A DNA stretch of 52,485 bases, filler included, from Mitosporidium daphniae (taxonomy: Eukaryota), in the NCBI RefSeq assembly GCF_000760515.2. It is 2 parts of 2 records of this genome, joined end to end, with 100 filler letters (N's around TTAATTAATTAA, not from the genome) between each part and the next. Parts side by side here need not be neighbours in the genome. Positions count along the whole stretch, not along the records: positions 1 to 26,249 come from NW_013546152.1; positions 26,350 to 52,485 come from NW_013546151.1. The stretch is one strand, 5' to 3'. Position numbers and translations under genes: made by a program. Shown in pieces: positions 21,901-34,751 of this stretch; the first letter of the stretch is position 1, and each line of letters begins with the position of its first letter. The notes under the pieces are model-generated. The model was not told the origin of the DNA, ran no database searches, and was given only the letters and a program-made list of their open reading frames with translations.

Positions 21901-24900
21901 GTCGCAAGACAGGCACAGCTCCAGCAAATTGATGTCGATTTTGAAGGATTTCACAAACAAAAACTCCAACACGCGAATGGATAGAAGAATGGAGCCTTTC
22001 TTTCTGCACATGTTAGCAAAGCGAACCCAATATTTTATGCTGACCGGCGACAATTCCGGAATAATAGACTGGATTTTAAGCAGCTGATACATATGTTCCA
22101 AAGAGGAAGAGCCTGCATATAGCCTTGCCGACCAAACTTGTTCAAGACGACTACGGTTGCCTAAATGCGGATAGCCGGATCTATTGCCAAAAAATTCGGC
22201 GACATCCTCTAACTCGGTGATAAGCTGGCTTTTCACCGTGACCGACAATGACTTTGTGTATTTCTCAAAGATGAAGGGAGAAGTTTCATTGTCTAGAAAT
22301 GTTTTGGCAGACTCGATTGCGACGTCGTACGCTGTCCAGTTCTTAAAATACGTTGCCGTAACTGCATTCAAAAACGAAGAAAAAAAGTTTTCTTTCGAAA
22401 TATATGGAAGGGTTTCGGCCAAAATGTCATACCGGTCAAGTCCCCACGAAGAGATGGCAATGAATGGAGCGAGAGTTTCTCTAAAATTGGTCAATGAAAA
22501 CGATGAAGACTCCTTTATGGGCGTTTGAAACCACAGCAACCTACCAACGGTAATAAGACGACCCCAGTCGTAGGTGTTTTTTAAGCAGCGAAGCGCGCCA
22601 AAGATGTCGTTAAAAAACGGTATCGTTTCAAAAGCGGTGTTGCGTAGCGAGTAATCGAAAAGGGAATCAAAAAGATATTTCTGTGATGTTTGCGATAAGA
22701 TTGATTTGATATTTGCACAGGGGAAGCTCAATACAGGCTTAATGGGCTGTTTTTCAAAGTTGAAGGTCGAGAAAGAAGCCAAAGGATAGCTGCTTGAATC
22801 CAATAGACACAAAAAGGACCCAATCGTTTCCGAAGGCTCCACAGCATCAATTTGGAAGATGTCTTTGAGCGCAGGATTGGCACCCCAATCTTTAGCTGAA
22901 TGTATGGCAGAAATATTTGATTTGTATACAAGAAGCGCATCGTCCCACTTTTGCAGCTTTTCAAACCAATTTTCCTGCAACGGAAATTCATAATGATTTG
23001 CCAACGACAAAACCCCCTCGGCGGAATCATGTAAAGAGGCAAGTGAGTATAGTGTAATCAAGGGTTCAATGAGCTGGGGCGAAGGGGACGCCAAAAACTC
23101 GAGCTCTTTATATCTTAAAGCTTTGACATACAGCGAAGCACTGGCAGCGGCTGATGTTAGGATGGACAAATCGATTTTCAAAGGTTCTGCTCTTCTTTCG
23201 AAAAACTCGACCAAATCAAAAAACAAAAGAAAGATTTCTTCCGGCGCCTGTGGAGAACGAACAGCTTCTACAAAAGACCCTAAAATGTCGTCTTTAAAGT
23301 CCTGTGTCAAGTGGCACCAGCATGAATGGAAAGAAAAAGTAAAGAGTTCTCTCGATATTTTTGGATACATCGTGGCCAAGTTGATGCAGTTTCTTAACAA
23401 AACCGAGGGGGATTGTATCAGTAGCTCAAGGGTTATATTTTTCATCCAATCCAACCAATCCTCTTTGGAAGCGCGAAGAGAAGTATCCCAAGCCTTTTTG
23501 AGGACTAGCTGATTTAGCTTGAAAGCTTCCGGGGGCACCAATGAACATTTTGAAGATGTTAGCCGAGGCAACTGAGGACCGCCGGCAGAAGCCTCTTGCG
23601 GAAATCTTTTCGAAATCAGCGCATAAATACAAGTGGAGGGGGCAAACGAACTTTCATGCAGGCAGTCGGTTTCAAATGAACCGATAATATCCATGTATGC
23701 TTGGTCAAGCAAGCTATTGTTCTTGATCAAATCAGAATAGGAGGAAATTTTTTCCAGAATGTCGGTAAAAATAGAGGTAGCCTGGATCCCAGACATAGAT
23801 ATGATTATAAAAATGCTTTCCAATAGAGCCTCTTTGAACAGATCTTCGGAAGGTTTTGAATCGATCGAAAGAGACCTGAGCGTCCTCATCAGCGGGATAA
23901 TGATTCTGGAAAAATGTCCGGTGATCTTCACTTTTGTACACAATAGTGTAATGCAATCAAGCGCCTGTCGTCGATAGAAAAATTGCAGGGCTGGATTTTC
24001 TACCATGCAAGTTATGTAGCCCAAAAATAGATGAAGATACTCCTCTAAGGATCTTCCCATGGCAGGTAAGATTTCAAAGATCTTTAAAAGTATGTCAATG
24101 CGAATGGACGTCGTACCGGAGTCCATAAGATTTAACGTGCTGTCGTCAACATTTCCATACAAAGGAGGCTTGGCTTGTACATGTTTCAAAGTCGAGGAGC
24201 CATGGGGTGTGATCAAGTGATCCATGATAAATTGGGACGAATCTTCAAGATATCGCAATAGAGCCTTGAAGATTAACTGCACGTATGGAAACATTTCGCT
24301 TGAAAAGATCTTTACCAAAGAATGGAGCAGCGAAAAAATGGTAGAAGACAACGAAAGCTCGTTCAATTCGAGAAGCTTAAATAAGTTTCCAAGAATTCGA
24401 GGCAAATACGGTCGAAAGTTATATTGAGCCACGCATGACAAGGTGATCAAATGATGGCATAAATTTTCCAAAAACGCGGAAGATGAGCTTGAAAACAAAC
24501 CAATAAGCACGGAAAAGATCGGCTCATATAAAGAAGTTGCGGCCTCTCCAAGGGACGTAATAGCAAAGACGATCGTTTGAAGAGTGATTGTGTGATGCTG
24601 ACAAAGCAGCGGGTCTGAAAGGATTTTCAAAAGAATTGAAAAGATATGATAAGCAAAGTGATCCTCGGCAATCATGCTGGATGAGGTTTTATTGCACAGC
24701 AACAAAGGGTGAGCTGCACCGTTGTGGTGCCTCTGACTAGGAATGCTGGAGATTTTGTCGGAAAATGTTTCATAATCAACGGGACCAATGTATCCCAAGT
24801 AAGAGATTGCCAATATCCGCGTTTTCTTATGAAGATCAAATCTAAGGACGGACAGGAGAGCATTTTGAAACTCCGGGAAAGAGGAATGTGCACTTATTTG

Positions 24901-26250
24901 GCAGGTGGAGGAGCGCGATATGTTTATAAAGCAAGATAATATCGACTGTCTGGCATTGTCAGCCTCATCTAGCAAGAATTTATCGACGGCAACGCTTTTT
25001 TGTTTTGGATACGTCAAAATACGTGTGGAGCTGTCCTCCATGGTCTCCAAAAACATTTCAATCAGCAACGACCAAATCAGATTGACATTGAAGCAATCCA
25101 GATCTTCTGAGGAAAGAAATAATTCACCAAGTGTTTCCAATAAGTGGGCTCTGTACGAAGAAAATGCCATGCCATCCGACTCCCTTAAAGAGGCATGCAA
25201 GATATCGAAAAGCTGCTTGATATATGGCCTCATGTATGAGTGAAAGTATTTCAAAAACTGCCTAATCATGTAAATCGAGTTCTGTTTCAACTTTGCATTG
25301 CTAGATGTGGCCATTAAGGTGTTGAGGAGCATCTCTATGCTTTGATGTAGGGACTTCAGGATGATCATGGGGTTTTTTTCCGAAATCTTAGAGATAAGGT
25401 TGACACAAGAATGTTGCACCGTGAACGATTCGTCATTTAACCCAAGAACAATCAGATCTGAATAGTGGGGATAGGAAAGTATTTCGATAAAATTCTTCTT
25501 GTTGAGAGACGTGTAAACGCAATTCCTGATTTCTTCGTTGAAATCAAGAAGCCCCACATTAAGGATACGGCCGATCGTCTCGTTTGGAGGTGCTTGACAC
25601 GACAACAGTACCAAATCAGAACGGTTTATTGTAAAATATACAGATTTCTCAATTACATAACACAGGCAGATAATAGATTCTTCGCGGATCGATTTTGAAT
25701 CATGCTTGATGAAATGCAGAGAGATCCCAAGAGAAAACACATCAAGGGACAGGTTATGAAAGTTAAAATTATACAGAGCCCGAAGGGAGGCGATTATTTC
25801 TTGAAAATTGTCTTTGGGCTTGATGAGGTCCAGATTGAAGGCGAGCAAGTACTTTGAGGTCAAGTTGGAAACCCCGATGTCGAAAAGTGACACCGATATG
25901 ATTTCGAGAAGGTTATTTTGGATGTAGCTTAAATATTCCGGAAACAATGTGCTGATTTCAATCAGACATGACAGCAGTTGCTGCGTCAAGATGGGAATGC
26001 TTTTAGGAAAATAGGACGTACTTGTGGAGAAAATAATCTGAAGTATCTCGCTTACAAATGGGGAAAGCATGTTACTGCCTCCACAACATGATACTGCATT
26101 TTTGAAAAAATCGCATATGTAATCGTCGACCAAATAGGAGGCCGGCTTTTTCTTCAGCCTTCGTGTCAAAAATTCTCTGATGGAATCAAAAATGTCCCTA
26201 AAAAAAACAGTCATCGATTCCTTGAAAATTTGCACAAGTACGTCCTATTN
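18907..26250 (-). CDS. TOR: Target of rapamycin kinase (HEAT, FAT, FRB, kinase, FATC); 5' end lost in the gap
   Basis: WLQVIPQLIARI, FRB '[17 protein letters not shown]...AWDLY', [41 protein letters not shown] '[13 protein letters not shown]' is completed across a final 28-nt intron. Confidence 0.95.
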
Positions 26251-26349
26251 NNNNNNNNNNNNNNNNNNNNNNNNNNNNNNNNNNNNNNNNNNNTTAATTA
26301 ATTAANNNNNNNNNNNNNNNNNNNNNNNNNNNNNNNNNNNNNNNNNNNN
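26251..26349. other. Assembly gap with artificial six-frame-stop linker TTAATTAATTAA (26294-26305)
   Basis: N-runs flank a 12-mer that carries stops in all six frames. Both flanking genes lack their 5' ends. Confidence 0.9.
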
Positions 26350-29300
26350 GGCGGGGCTTGAAAATTTCGGCCTTTTCTGAATCTATCCTTTCAAGCCTGT
26401 TGGAATCGGCGACTTCTGCAGAAAAATCAACTTCATTCCTTCGGAACCAAAAGCTCAATTTGTTTTCTAGCTACATAAAGGAATGCAAACGCCTGGGCCT
26501 GTTAAACTGCGTTCCCGTTGAACTCCAGTCTGGAATCTTATCTCCGCTGTCAAATGGCTTCAACACTTGCTTTTTGAATTATCCCGTGCTTTTGAGCGCT
26601 TTCAAATTGCACGGTAACGATCGGGCTGTTGGCGAAGCCCATGCTCCAAACGAGCTTTATCGGGTGATTTCCAACATTGAGGCCAACTTTGTCGGGTTTT
26701 TTGAATTCATCCCGGGCTTCAAAAAGGCTGTCATATCGATTTCGGGGCTCTCCACGATTGACCAGACGTCCAAGATTCACAGAATCGTTGGTACTCTATT
26801 TGAGTGGCTGTGTATCAATTCTGTTCTTGCAGACTCTAAGGTGTCCAGATTCCATTTGCTGGCCTGCAAACTTGTTGGCAACTGGTCCGTTTGTAATGCC
26901 AGTCAATGCTGCATGTTGGTCAATTCCGCGGATGTTTTTGATGTGTTATGTGTGGTTGAGCTGATTTCAAATAGCATGCCAACGTTGTCAATCGAAAATG
27001 TGTCCAAACTTATTGGCTCCTTGAAATCGGAACTTGTTGACATGCAGCACAAAACCAGGCATTTTGACGGCAAGAATGCCATTTCAAACGAGTTTGTTGA
27101 CAAGCTTGATTTGCTTCTGACCGAAGCTCGGGCATGTGCTTGTAAACATGGCTTTATTACATCGTTGAGCACGAGTCCCTTGTACGAAAAACGGGCTCCA
27201 CTCGAACGCAGCGATTCTTCATCTTGTGCTGCATTTACGGACAAAATTCTGCTGTTGGCGCAACACGTGATTTCGGTGTTGAATTCGATCTCAATACCAC
27301 GGGATGTCGGATTTGGCTCAATTGAAAATACGATTCCGCAGCTTTATGTATTGTTCAAGATGCTATTTTCGGATGCCTTTTATGCCTCGCTCCACGGGCT
27401 ATTAGACATTTCTCCAAATCCATGTGGCTTGCCATTGATGACGATGCTTGTATCGATGCTACACGTGATGGTCCGATTGTTTCTTATTTTTGTAAATTCA
27501 CTCTCCGAGTTATCGATTCACACGATTGCCTCAATTGCAGCGATTTATGAGAACAACTTTGGAGAGGTATCGACATCATCAAAATCGGACCCCACAACAG
27601 CTGATGGCGAAGGTTGTGAAGCGCAACAAGGCCCCATGCGTGCAGATGATGGCACCGAGCTTCCAAAAGGCATGGCAGACTGTAAGGACGTCCCTTCTCA
27701 ACAATCCAAGAACGTTTCAAATGAAATTGAATATGAGGAGCAAATATCCGATGTCAAGCAACAATCGGACGAAAAGCACAGTGAACAAGATCCCGAAGCA
27801 GACAAACAAAACGACATTCAGCCGCAAGCAGAAAATGAGGCTGCCGTAAGTACTAGTGAAAAGATGGATGGCATGCAGGATTGCAGAGACCAATCGGAAT
27901 TTGAGAAAAACACCCGATCCGATCAAAATGATGCTCTTGACGAGGCAGAGACAGAAGGTGCTGATACTTTAGCTGCTTCACAAGAGGACCGCATTTGTGA
28001 CAATCAGTTTAAGGAACAGCTAAATGAGGAAGAAGATTCCAGTGGCATGGCAAATGACGAAATACTGGAAAAACTGAACACCGATTCGTTTCCGCAGCAT
28101 CTTGATCAAAGCATTTGGCAGGATGACCTCTCTTCCGATAATGAATTGTCCGAGGTCGATGAGGGTGGTGATTTTGCACACCAGGACGCTACCCCCGCTG
28201 CACGAGAGAAAGATCTTGCTCGCAGAAATGACAAATCTGTTACGGAAAAACCTGGCTCCTCATCAAGTTGCGAGAGAAAGCCTAAACAGGAAGAGAGTTC
28301 TCTGGCTAATGTCGATTTATTGGACCAGGATAAAGGTATCTGTGGTGTTGATGCGGATGATGTTGATGCGGCTATGGAAGATAATTTATGCAAAGATCGC
28401 ATTTCTATGGACGAAGACGTTGATGCCGATCCAAATGGCTTTGACACCGAATCAAAAAGTCTTGATGCTGACCCAAATGCTTTGCAGGATCATACAGAGG
28501 GTATGGATGATGAGAATATTGAAGCCTCTGCCCAGCCAATGGATCCTTATCAAGAGGAGGCTCTTGCGTATGGCGAAATCCCACAAAACTTGGCCCAATT
28601 TACAGATGAAGAGAAGAGCCCATCACAAGGCACGAATGATGATATTAACTCGGAAAACATCGGCATCGATTGCAACTCGGATAACATCGGCACCGATTGC
28701 AACTCCGAGAAACAGGATCAGTTCGGAAAGGCCTCAAATGGTCAGCTCGATGATGCTTCAAACAAGGAACGTGCGAACCTGATTGATCAACTGCTTGAAT
28801 TACCTCCACAACACAACGACCTGCAGTGTAGGAGGATATTAGGGGATCAGCTGGCCACGTGGAGAGACCTCTTGATGTCGCTGGAAAATTCTGCTCCAAA
28901 CTCTGCACCGGAAAATGGCTCGCAGAATCCAGAGGTCTTTGAATATGATTTGGACGACCCACTCGCGTCCAATGTAGACTCTGCGCACGTTCTTTCTCAA
29001 ATATCGAAAGAAGATTTTAATGATGCGCCATCCTCTTCTGCATTGAATAACCCTATTCAAGGGCAGCGGGGTAAGAGCCTTCCATTACAACAGCCATTTG
29101 ACCAAATTTCTTTGAACAAAGACAATGATGGCTCACATTCGGAAGCTGAAACTTGTAACGCAAACGTTGAAGGCTTGGATTCCTCTTTCTCGACAATTGA
29201 GACTGAACCGCAACATGATTGCATTGAAGATATGGACGATGACCGTCCCTCTGAGATGGTTTTATCCCCCGGCTATAGGAACCATAATTGGCCAGAATAC

Positions 29301-30173
29301 CTGCATGCTACGTATCCACTTGCATGCGAGTTGACAGAGAAACTTAGAATGGTCCTAGATCCTACCATTGCAGGAAAGTTGCAGGGCGACTACAAAACAG
29401 GAAAAAGGCTGAACATGAAAAAAGTTATCCCCTACATTGCTTCTGGCTATCGACGAGACAAGATTTGGCTACGAAGGACCAAGCCATCGAAAAGAAACTA
29501 CCAAATCCTGATTTCGGTCGACCAAAGCCTGTCGATGGAGTCCTCTGGCGCCCCCCATCTACTTTTTCAAGTCATTGCGCTGTTGTCTCAAGCATTTTCG
29601 AAAATCGAGGTTGGCCATGTCGGTTTGGCCGGGTTTGGAGCCGAAACTCATTCTTACATCGCTCTTCCCGGGTGTAGCTCGGACAGCAACTTTTGCTCCC
29701 AATTCAATGAGAACATTGGGGACCAAATTTTGGCAAACTTTCACTTTAACGCGGAATCCACAAATCTCCTTTCTCTGCTTTCAAAATCCTTACAATGGTT
29801 TGAGCAGGCAAAAAGCGCCTCTTTTTCTGCTTGTTCCCAAATCCACTTTATCCTGACAGACGGCATATTTAATAATTCCGATCAAATAAGAAAACTCTTG
29901 AACCAGTTTTCGGCGCAAAGGATCCTGGTTATCTTTTTGCTACTTGACGCCCGTTCTTCGAGAGATTCCATTCTAGAGCTAAAGTCCGTCGCATATGAAT
30001 TTGATGGCACGAAGCCAATCATGAAGATAACCAAATATATCGACCAATTTCCTGCCAAGCACTACTTGGTGATCAGAGATATCTCCACGCTCCCTTCTAT
30101 CTTTTGTAAATGTTTAAGGGAGTGGATTGAAGGCATAAACAGGACCTCTGTCTGTGAAACCTTTCGCTATTAA
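26350..30173 (+). CDS. MDN1: Midasin/Rea1, C-terminal part (linker, D/E-rich region, VWA/MIDAS); partial
   Basis: Long acidic tract followed by 'LQGDYKTGKRLNMKKVIPYIASGYRRDKIWLRRTKPSKRNYQILISVDQSLSM'. Confidence 0.95.
28656..28709 (+). repeat. 27-nt in-frame tandem duplication in midasin (NIGxDCNSx x2)
   Basis: aacatcggcatcgattgcaactcggat / aacatcggcaccgattgcaactccgag. Confidence 0.75.
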
Positions 30174-30264
30174 ATAAATTATTGTTTAACACTACGAGCA
30201 CGCAACTCCACACGTGCGGAGGCCGCCCAAAAAAATTCCACACGTCGGGTTATTTATTTTTAGA

Positions 30265-30330
30265 ACAAAACTCATTCATTTGGGGGACAAAATTCATTCA
30301 TTTGGGGGACAAAATTCATTCATTTTTGGA
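30265..30330. repeat. 22-nt tandem repeat x3 overlapping the CysRS stop codon
   Basis: acaaaa(c/t)tcattcatttggggg twice plus a diverged third copy. Confidence 0.85.
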
Positions 30331-32792
30331 ACGAAATAACTTTTCCTGCTGCTGATATTCTTTTATCAGCTTTTTTATGCGCGATTTTGGCAATTCCTCC
30401 CCTGCAGCATCATGTGTAGGGATTCCCTATAAATAAATTCAAACGCAGTTCCAACCTGTTCGTCAAATTTTGAATACAAAGACAGATCCTTGAACATTTC
30501 CGAAGGGCAAATTAGTGCTCTGGTATGTCTTTGTGCCTGGCGCTGTTGAGATATGGCTGCCATTTCTTTCTTTTTGTGCAGCGAGGCCTGCATGCTCTAC
30601 GTGATTTTAAACTAGTCAAAAAACCTGCTCCTTCTCTTCTTTCATCCTTTTTAAAGTATCCTGGTCAAGGATCTTTACAAGCGCAGCTAGATGGCCACTT
30701 CCTTCAGTGGTCCTATCCTCCAAAATAACGCCAAGATCGGGGCAACCATTGTCTCGAAGCTGATCGCACAATTCGAGAAGCATTTTTGGACTGATTTGCT
30801 GGCCTTTCTGAAGCGCTTCAAAGGAGAGGGCCCTTAGCTTATCCCTGAAGGATGAAATCAGGTGTGCAGATTTGGCAAATAAGGAGCTCTAGTTTAAAGT
30901 AAGCATTGATGGGAAATGCCATACCTGCGACACGGTGCATTGGTCGTTAAGGTTCGCAAAACTAACCCCAAAGGCCTTTAAAATCTTCTCAATATAAGCA
31001 GAGATTTCACTAAGCAATTGCGAGTAAACGGACGCATCTCCCTTGTTTTTCAAGTACACTCTGCAATCGCTCATCAGAGCGTTAAGCGATTTCAAGACAG
31101 AGGGCGTATCAAACGAGTCGCAAAGGGAAGCATGCACGGCTTCTTGGCAAGCAAACAGAGACTGCGACAAGCTTTTCTCTTCATCGCCAAAAAACGATAC
31201 AAATTGGGAGTCTTCTCCAAGGCCTCTAATTACCGCATCAACCTGTGCAAAAAAATTAACAAATGAAGCTTCAAGAGAAACAGTCTCCAACATCGAGGTC
31301 TCTTTGTAATCAAGAGTGGAAGACCATGTATGGGTGAGGAAAAATAATCTCAATTGACGAGAGGTCCATCTAGACAAAGCTTCCTATGATAAAGTTGATC
31401 GGATCCAGGGCACCAACCTTGATGGTGATGAAATTTTTCAAACTCTTGGACATTTTTTGCCCCTCAATGTGAAGATGTCCTGTGTGCAGGAAATAATTAA
31501 CCCATTGCTCACAATCGTACTGTGCCTAATCGTTAATTGCTGTTTTAACCCGATGGACTACCTCTGATTGAGCAAGCTCATTGTCATGATGCGGGAAGGC
31601 AAGATCAACACCACCGGAATGGATGTCAAGAACACCAGGGATCACATCTCCGGCCATTGCCGAGCATTCAATATGCCATCCGGGGCGACCGGGCCCCCAG
31701 GGAGATGGCCATACAGGCTCTCCTGCTTTCGAATGCTTCCAGAGCGCAAAATCGGCATTGGAACGCTTGCCGTGAGATAAATTTCCAAGAGCGCCCTCGC
31801 CCTCTTCAAGGAGCTTTTGGCGGTCAGCAGACTGTGGGCACAGCTTTGCATATGTGTGCTTTGGAGAGTTGTTAAACTTCAAAGTGTCAAAGTAAATTGA
31901 ACCATCGAGCTGATACCTAAAAATAACAGGGCATTGAAAGGCTACCCGTAGCCGTTGTTAATAATTTCCTGGATGCAAGAAACTATCTGCGGAATGTATT
32001 CGCTTACGCGAGTAAGCACAGCGGGCGGTAGCACGTTCAACGCTTCCATATCATCAAAGAACTCTTTTTCCCAATACTCTGGCAATTCCTTGAATATTTT
32101 AGGATCGGAAAGAGTATGTCCATATTGCGAGTCCAAATAGGAGCCCAAAAGCGCGTGAATAGATTCGGGGATGGTGGAGTGTTCTTTTCCTTTGACAAAC
32201 GCAAGGGCATCAATAAGAGCCTCAAGAAATGCAGGAGGCTCTTCAGCAGCATTTTTCGCTCCGTGTGAAAGCAAAAACGAGCGAATGGACTCGGAACAAG
32301 TAAACGTCGATAATTTCGAAAGATCCACTTGATCAGAAGATAGAGCAAGTCGGGAAGAAAGATAATGCGCTACAGCCTTTTCGACTAGCTTTACGATACC
32401 ACTGGGAGCAAGCTCAGGCTTTTCGGCCCCGGACAGCTGGGATAAAAGTTGGGATGTAAGAAACTCTTGACGGGCTCGAAGAATGATCTTATCATCGACA
32501 TCCGTGATGTTCATTACAAACTGGATGTTGTATCCAAAGTAGTCCGTCATAATTCGCCGAATGATATCAATGGTCACATAATTTCTGCATGTAAACTAAG
32601 CTCAAAATGATACCTTGCATGGCCCATATGCGATGCATCATAGACTGTCGGTCCGCAAGAGTACCACCTGATCAGCGCGTCGGCACGTTCGGGGATGAAT
32701 TCGGTCTTTTCTTTGGCAAGCGTGTTCAAAATTTTCAATTTCGGTTGCATCGATTTCGAGGTTGTTGGCATCTTCCATTTGCTTGTGGCCAT
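30316..32792 (-). CDS. CARS1: Cysteinyl-tRNA synthetase, multi-exon; possible upstream in-frame start at 32984
   Basis: [64 protein letters not shown] and KMSKS. All frame breaks fall on short GT-AG introns. Confidence 0.95.
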
Positions 32793-32853
32793 TTTTGACG
32801 TGGTGGAAAGCGCTTTCGACACGGAAATATATTTGAAAAGTTTGGGAAACAGC

Positions 32854-32979
32854 ACTAATGTGATGATTAAGCTTACTAATCTGCAGATTAAACTTGCTAA
32901 TCTGCGGACTAAACTTACTAATCTGCGGCTTAAACTTACCAATGTGCCGATTAAACTTACTAATGTGCCGATTAAACTT
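32854..32979. repeat. 21-nt minisatellite, 6 degenerate copies, upstream of and in frame with CysRS
   Basis: Consensus actaat(c/g)tgc(c/g)gattaaactt starting at 32854, 32875, 32896, 32917, 32938 and 32959. Confidence 0.9.
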
Positions 32980-33085
32980 GCCATTCGGCATTTGATGCCT
33001 CTGAATCTAAAGATGCTCGCGGTTTTATTCAATATGATCGACACATAAAGCAAGCAAATTTGCTTTTTATGAACATATGCCGGCG

Positions 33086-33802
33086 TTAGGAACCGAACTT
33101 TTCTGCTATCCCCATTTTAAACGGAAGATCTTTAAAAATAAAAGAATCAAGGGAGCTGCTTGCAAGCGTTCCTGATTCCAGGGCATTTGCAATGACATCG
33201 TCTGGGCGTGTGATTCTATCGCACCTTGAATATCCAGGACGTATCAGCAACAAGACAATATAAATGTCGTCCGAGTCTTCAATAATATTTACAACAGGCA
33301 ACGAAATCTTCTTTCCCAATACACTGGAGCAATTTTCCCTGGCAAGTTGTCGCTCTTTCCATCTCTCTTTGTCTGGGACAGATAGCTTGGCAACGATATA
33401 AACAAACATGTTGTTATGTCTCAGCTCTTCCAAAAAATTGAGCAAGTTATTAGATGTGTTCATGAGCATAAAAAGACCCGATCCCGGTATCAGTTTGTCG
33501 GGAATATAAGCAGGGGCGCTCATCCGCCGAGCCGCTCTATTGTTCTCAAGAATGTATATGATGTCTTTTGGAGAGTGGCTATTTGCATCCAACAAATCTA
33601 CATTTGCAGGGAAAGAGCCAAATAAAAATCCGGAAGAAAATCTATAATTTAGCAAACTTTCAGGAAAATGGTCAAGGGGCTCTTTAAATACCAAACACAC
33701 ACAGTCATGGAACATTACAACAGCACGTCCCGGGGGAAGCAATTTATTAAAATTTAAGCAAACCCCTTGATTTAACGAAATTGCACTATGGAGATGTTGC
33801 AT
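33086..33802 (-). CDS. Hypothetical protein (238 aa)
   Basis: Long ATG-initiated ORF filling the space between neighbours. No motif recognised. Confidence 0.55.
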   Translation of the reverse strand: MQHLHSAISLNQGVCLNFNKLLPPGRAVVMFHDCVCLVFKEPLDHFPESLLNYRFSSGFLFGSFPANVDLLDANSHSPKDIIYILENNRAARRMSAPAYIPDKLIPGSGLFMLMNTSNNLLNFLEELRHNNMFVYIVAKLSVPDKERWKERQLARENCSSVLGKKISLPVVNIIEDSDDIYIVLLLIRPGYSRCDRITRPDDVIANALESGTLASSSLDSFIFKDLPFKMGIAEKFGS

Positions 33803-33870
33803 TTGGCGAGATCATCATCGGCAACACCAGCAACATCGCGTCCTAGTGATGGCGGAGAGCAGAGCAGGTC

Positions 33871-34675
33871 TTATTTAGGAATATCATTTTTCCTGGATAG
33901 CCTTCTCGATGTGTGTAACGGCGCTTCACCTCCAGAGGAAGTGAACGTGCCTATCATTTTGCATATTTGGCCAAGGGATTGTTTATAAGAAAGCCATTCT
34001 TGTCTATCGCGTAGCGATGTCTCCAGAAGGGATGACTTTTTCTTTTCTAACTCATTAATTTCGGTGAGAATGGCATTTTTTGTGGAAAGAAGTTTGCGTA
34101 GTGTAGCTTTGACCCTGTCATAATCATCACCCAGAAGAAGGATGCCGTAGTCTGGAAAGGCAAGCTCCTGCGGAAGGACATTGACAGGGCAGCCCTCATC
34201 TTCATCCACCATAAAGGGCTCATCACTTCTGAAAACAACACAAAGATCATTTTCCATCGCATTGTGTGGTTCTTGCTGTGGATTTCCCCCAATGTTTTCG
34301 TTGCCATCTTCGGCTCCTTGCCCAGGAGAGATGGTGGGAACCCCTTGCTCCTCTTGCTGCTCCTGCTTGCCAGTATCGAATGCAATTCTGGAGACGTCGT
34401 CAAGAAACTCTGAACCAATCCACATTTTTCTATTGCATAAGATGAGCATGGCTGAGATACCTAAACGAATGGAGCTCCTCAAATTGGGATTTTAGCAGCA
34501 TCAGCTTATACTCTAAATCGGCAATGGTTCTTTTCTTCTCGGCCAATAGCATTTGAAGCTGTTGCATTTGGCTTCGAAGGTGGCGAAACTGGGCCATCTT
34601 TGCATAATGAGACGATGAAAATTCAATCAGCTGGGAATGGCTGAATTTCGACGGGAAGCACACTGGGAATGACAT
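33871..34675 (-). CDS. Hypothetical coiled-coil protein, 2 exons
   Basis: A 31-nt GT-AG intron (about 34430-34460) joins ORFs 34430-34675 and 33871-34482. Two heptad-rich segments flank an acidic linker. Confidence 0.6.
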
Positions 34676-34751
34676 TTTGGAATTTAAATTAAATTTGTGC
34701 TCGTGTCAAAATTAAAATTCAAGAATGCAATTTTTTTGCATTGTAGGACCC

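Noticed and set aside
26294..26305. TTAATTAATTAA palindrome between divergent TOR and MDN1
   Set aside because: It is embedded in Ns and is a typical artificial contig linker. TOR-MDN1 adjacency and both 5' truncations are therefore not biological evidence.
32854..32979. Short repeat arrays as CRISPR (also 30265 and 47382)
   Set aside because: The units are contiguous with no unique spacers, there are no cas genes, and the context is eukaryotic.
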